Source: an uncultured delta proteobacterium
GTDB lineage: Bacteria; Myxococcota; Myxococcia; SLRQ01
DNA length: 64,000 bases
Assembly (NCBI GenBank): GCA_963727485.1
Contig: CAVSGM010000002.1
Coordinates: 1,152,001 to 1,216,000, forward strand
Reading direction: 5' to 3'
Shown here: positions 60,888 to 64,000 of the stretch, piece by piece
Numbering within the stretch: position 1 is the first letter of the stretch
Layout: the number at the start of each line of letters is the position of its first letter
Position numbers and translations under genes: made by a program
Notes under the pieces: generated by a model
What the model saw: only the letters and a program-made list of their open reading frames with translations
What the model was told of the DNA's origin: nothing
The model's database searches: none

Positions 60888-62144
60888 ATGCGTCGCGCCC
60901 CCGCCCTCCTCGCCGTGGTCTCGGTGGTCCTCGCCGGTCACGCCGCCCTCGCCGACGGCCCCGCGCCCCCGGCGCCGCCCACCCGGACCGTGGTTCTCTG
61001 GCGCCTGGCGTCGCTGGGCCTCGACGCCACCACCGCCGGCCGGGTCACCGAGGTCCTCCGGGCCCAGCTCGCCGCGGTCCCCGGCTTCACCCTGGTGCCC
61101 CAGGCGAAGGTCGACGCGGTGGCCCGGCAGGACGCGACGCTGGCGAGCTGTACCGCCGCCCCGAAGTGCGCCGCCAAGGTGGGCCAGGCCCTCTCGGCGC
61201 CCCGGGTGGTCACCGGGGTCCTCTCCACCGTGGGCGACGCCCGGTCCCTGGACCTGCGCCTGGTGGACGTGGCCACCGCCACCGTGAAGCGCCGGGTCGC
61301 CGAGAGCTGGACCGGCGGCGCCGACTCGCTCCTGGCGGCGATGCGCACCGCGGCGACCAAGCTGTTGGCCCCGAAGCGCTACCAGGGCCGGGTGGCGCTC
61401 ACGGTGAGCGCCAAGGACGTGAAGGTCTACCTCGACGGCGACTACCTCGGGCGCACGCCGATGAGGCCGTTCCCGGTGTCCCCGGGCAGGCACGCCCTGC
61501 GCCTGGCCGCCGACGGCTACCCGGACTTCCAGCGCTTCGTGGACGTGGCCTTCGGGACCACGGTGCCGGTGAAGGTCTCGCTGAAGCCCCTGGAGGTCGA
61601 CGCCGATCTCGCACCGCGCGCGGCCCGGGGACCTCTGACCGTGGGGGCCTCGGCGGCGCTCCTCTCGAACCTCCGCGCCCTCTCGGGGCCGGGCCTGATG
61701 GTCCGGGCCACCTGGGGCCTCCGGCTCGGGCCCACCCGCCTCGAGCTCGGCCTCGCCGGGGGCGTCTACGGCGGGACGGTCTCGGGCACCGCTCCGGTCG
61801 CCGGCGCCGGCGCCACCCAGGTCGCCGGCCACCTCGCGGTGTACCCGGTGGCCCTCCGGGTGGGCCTCGATCTCCTGCCCCAGCTGCCCTTCTCGCCCTA
61901 CGTCGCCCTCGAGGGCGGGGCCGCCTTCGCCGCCCAGTCGGTGGCCCCGGCGGGCTTCCCCGAGCAGCGCGCCAGTAGCGGCGGGGTCTTCTTCGCCGGC
62001 ACCGCCGGGGTCCTCTGGCGCCTGGGCCCCGGCGCCCTCGATCTCTCGCTCCGCCTCCAGGCCGCGGGCCTCCCCACCTCGGCCCTGGTCCCCGGACCAC
62101 TGGCCGGCCTGGGGGTCACCGCCGGCTACGTCCTCTTCCTCTAG
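60888..62144 (+). CDS. PEGA-domain protein with C-terminal beta-barrel-like region
   Basis: VYLDGDYLGRTP...PGRHALRL...GY; ends in GYVLFL. Confidence 0.75.
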   Translation: MRRAPALLAVVSVVLAGHAALADGPAPPAPPTRTVVLWRLASLGLDATTAGRVTEVLRAQLAAVPGFTLVPQAKVDAVARQDATLASCTAAPKCAAKVGQALSAPRVVTGVLSTVGDARSLDLRLVDVATATVKRRVAESWTGGADSLLAAMRTAATKLLAPKRYQGRVALTVSAKDVKVYLDGDYLGRTPMRPFPVSPGRHALRLAADGYPDFQRFVDVAFGTTVPVKVSLKPLEVDADLAPRAARGPLTVGASAALLSNLRALSGPGLMVRATWGLRLGPTRLELGLAGGVYGGTVSGTAPVAGAGATQVAGHLAVYPVALRVGLDLLPQLPFSPYVALEGGAAFAAQSVAPAGFPEQRASSGGVFFAGTAGVLWRLGPGALDLSLRLQAAGLPTSALVPGPLAGLGVTAGYVLFL

Positions 62145-62153
62145 GAGCCCGTC

Positions 62154-63717
62154 ATGCGACGCCCGCCGATCCCCGTCGCCCTCGCGGTGGCCCTCCTCGC
62201 CCTCTCCGCCTGCGGCAGCCCCACCCAGTCGACCCCCGAGGTGGACGCGGTGCACCCCGGCGCCGTCGCGATGGGCGCCACCAGCTACGTCACCGTCAGC
62301 GGCTCGGGCTTCGACCCCAGCTTCTCCGTGGACCCGGCCACCGGCCAGCCCGCGGTCGACGACGGCTTCACCGTGACCTTCGCCGGCCAGCAGAGCCCCG
62401 AGGTCAGCTGGCGCTCGCCCACCACCTTGGTCGCCGCGCTGCCCGCGGGGCTGGCGGCGGGGACGGCCACCGTGGGGGTCACCGCCCCCGACGGCGGCCA
62501 CGGGGAGAAGGCGGACGCGCTGTGCGTCGGTGCCCCGGCCACGCGGAGCCGGCTCTCCATCGTCTACCACGGCACCCTGGCCATCCCCACGGCCATCAAC
62601 GTCGAGTCCACCCCGGTGGGCGGCGGCACCGCCACGGTCCTCGCCACCGGCGCCGGCGCCCAGGGCCTCCACCCCTTCGCGGTCTCCCCCGACGGCCGGA
62701 CGGTGGTCTACCTCCACACCCAGCGCGGGACCACGCGCACCGAGCAGCTCATCGCCCTCCACCCCCAGGGCAGCGGCGTCGGCATCCTCCTCCACACCGA
62801 GGTCGCCCAGCAGGGCAAGCAGGTGATGGACGGCTTCGCCTTCAGCCCCGACTCGGGGACCCTGGTCTACGTCATCGACCAGCGGAAGCTGGTGGCCCAG
62901 GACATCCCCACCGACGGCGGGACCGCGAAGGATCCCATGGTCCTCTTCGACCAGGGCCACGCCGGCAGCGACGTCATCGCCGACCCGGCCGTCGCCCCCA
63001 CCGGGAAGACGGTCCTCTTCAGCAAGGTCAGCGACCCCGCCGACAACGGGATGCTGGTGGGCGAGCACCTGGCTCTGTACACGGTGCCGCTTGCCGGGGG
63101 CACGCCCACCTCGCTCCTCGACGAGCGGGACCAGGGGGTGAGCAACGGGCCCGGGGTCTACCTCCCGGACGGCAAGGGGATCCTCTTCGTCTCCGACCGC
63201 ATGGGCCTCATCGTCCCCGCCCACGTCTACGGCAAGGACCTGATGGTCCCGGCCTCGAACCTCTTCATCCTCGACCCGGACACCGGGAAGGTCAAAGCGG
63301 TGTCACCGCCGACGGTGGAGGCCTTCGTGCAGACGCCCCTGGCGGTGTCCCCGGACGGGCGCTGGGCGGCGGCGAGCGGGGTGCTCCTCGACCTCACCAA
63401 GTCCATGGTCGACATCCTCCTCACCGACCTCAAGACCGGGAAGATCTACCGGGCGATCGGCGACGTGCAGGGGCAGCTGCCCACGGTCGACGTGGATCCC
63501 TCGTTCTCGCCGGACGGCAAGACGGTGTACGCCACCGCGGTGACCATCCTCGCGCAGCTCATCACCAAGGTGCAGAGCTACGAGGTGGCGGTGCCCGACG
63601 CGGACCCGGATCCTCTCGACGGCCAACCGCACCCTGCCCTCGGGGGCGGTGACCATGCTCCCGGGGATCCAGGTGTCGCCGGTGGAGGTGGACACCTACG
63701 CCGGCTGCGGCGGCTGA
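62154..63717 (+). CDS. Lipoprotein with IPT/TIG domain and TolB-like (PD40) beta-propeller; probable frameshift near 63603
   Basis: Lipobox LSAC; SPDG/SPDS/APTG repeats; the alternative frame RILSTANRT...YAGCGG ends at TGA 63715-63717. Confidence 0.7.
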
Positions 63718-63735
63718 CCCGATTGGGCGGTCTGG

Positions 63736-64000
63736 TCAGTCCCCGGCGTCGTGGGGATCGAGCTCGCCGGCGAGATCCACCTCGACCTGCCGGCGCACCT
63801 CTTCGGGGGGCGTGCCCCGGCCGAGGAGGACGTGGAGCTTGGTGAGGGCCGCCTCGGGGGTCATGTCGTGGCCGCTGACGGCGCCGGCGCGGGCGAGCGC
63901 CGAGCCGGTGGAGTAGAGATCCTGGCGTACCCGGCCGGAGTGGGTCTGGGAGCAGCTGACGACGACCACGCCCCGCTCGGTGGCCTCGCGGACGGCGTCG
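63736..64000 (-). CDS. ansA: Type I L-asparaginase, C-terminal part (partial)
   Basis: VVVSCSQ...YSTGSAL...SGHDMTPEAALTKL. Confidence 0.8.
   Translation of the reverse strand, partial: DAVREATERGVVVVSCSQTHSGRVRQDLYSTGSALARAGAVSGHDMTPEAALTKLHVLLGRGTPPEEVRRQVEVDLAGELDPHDAGD

Overview
Very GC-rich, gene-dense bacterial DNA. PEGA/PPC/DGG-repeat secreted proteins and an RpoH-type sigma behind a sigma54 promoter suggest Myxococcota or a related deltaproteobacterium (inference). I see about 60 genes, mostly housekeeping or envelope: queE, msrP, crcB, a deoxyhypusine-synthase-like gene, hemF, metH, a cyclophilin, a menE-like gene, prpE, acyl-CoA dehydrogenases, rtcA and ansA. Two riboswitches are recognisable: fluoride before crcB, and a SAM-II-type pseudoknot with an inserted hairpin before metH. 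The best candidate for an undescribed system is the minus-strand run at 4.8-12.7 kb. It encodes a PATAN/DUF4388-like protein, an ABC-ATPase/dual-specificity-phosphatase fusion with no permease, a Roadblock-like protein, an unknown helical protein, and a pair of STAND-type ATPase-HTH paralogs (one intact, one lacking Walker A). Divergent from it lies a truncated-globin-Zn-finger / CDGSH / YkgJ operon, and a second CDGSH gene closes its other end. Several genes carry single-base frameshifts or internal deletions, probably partly long-read assembly error. I found no rRNA, tRNA, CRISPR array, integrase or transposase. All calls are by eye from motifs; no database searches were run.
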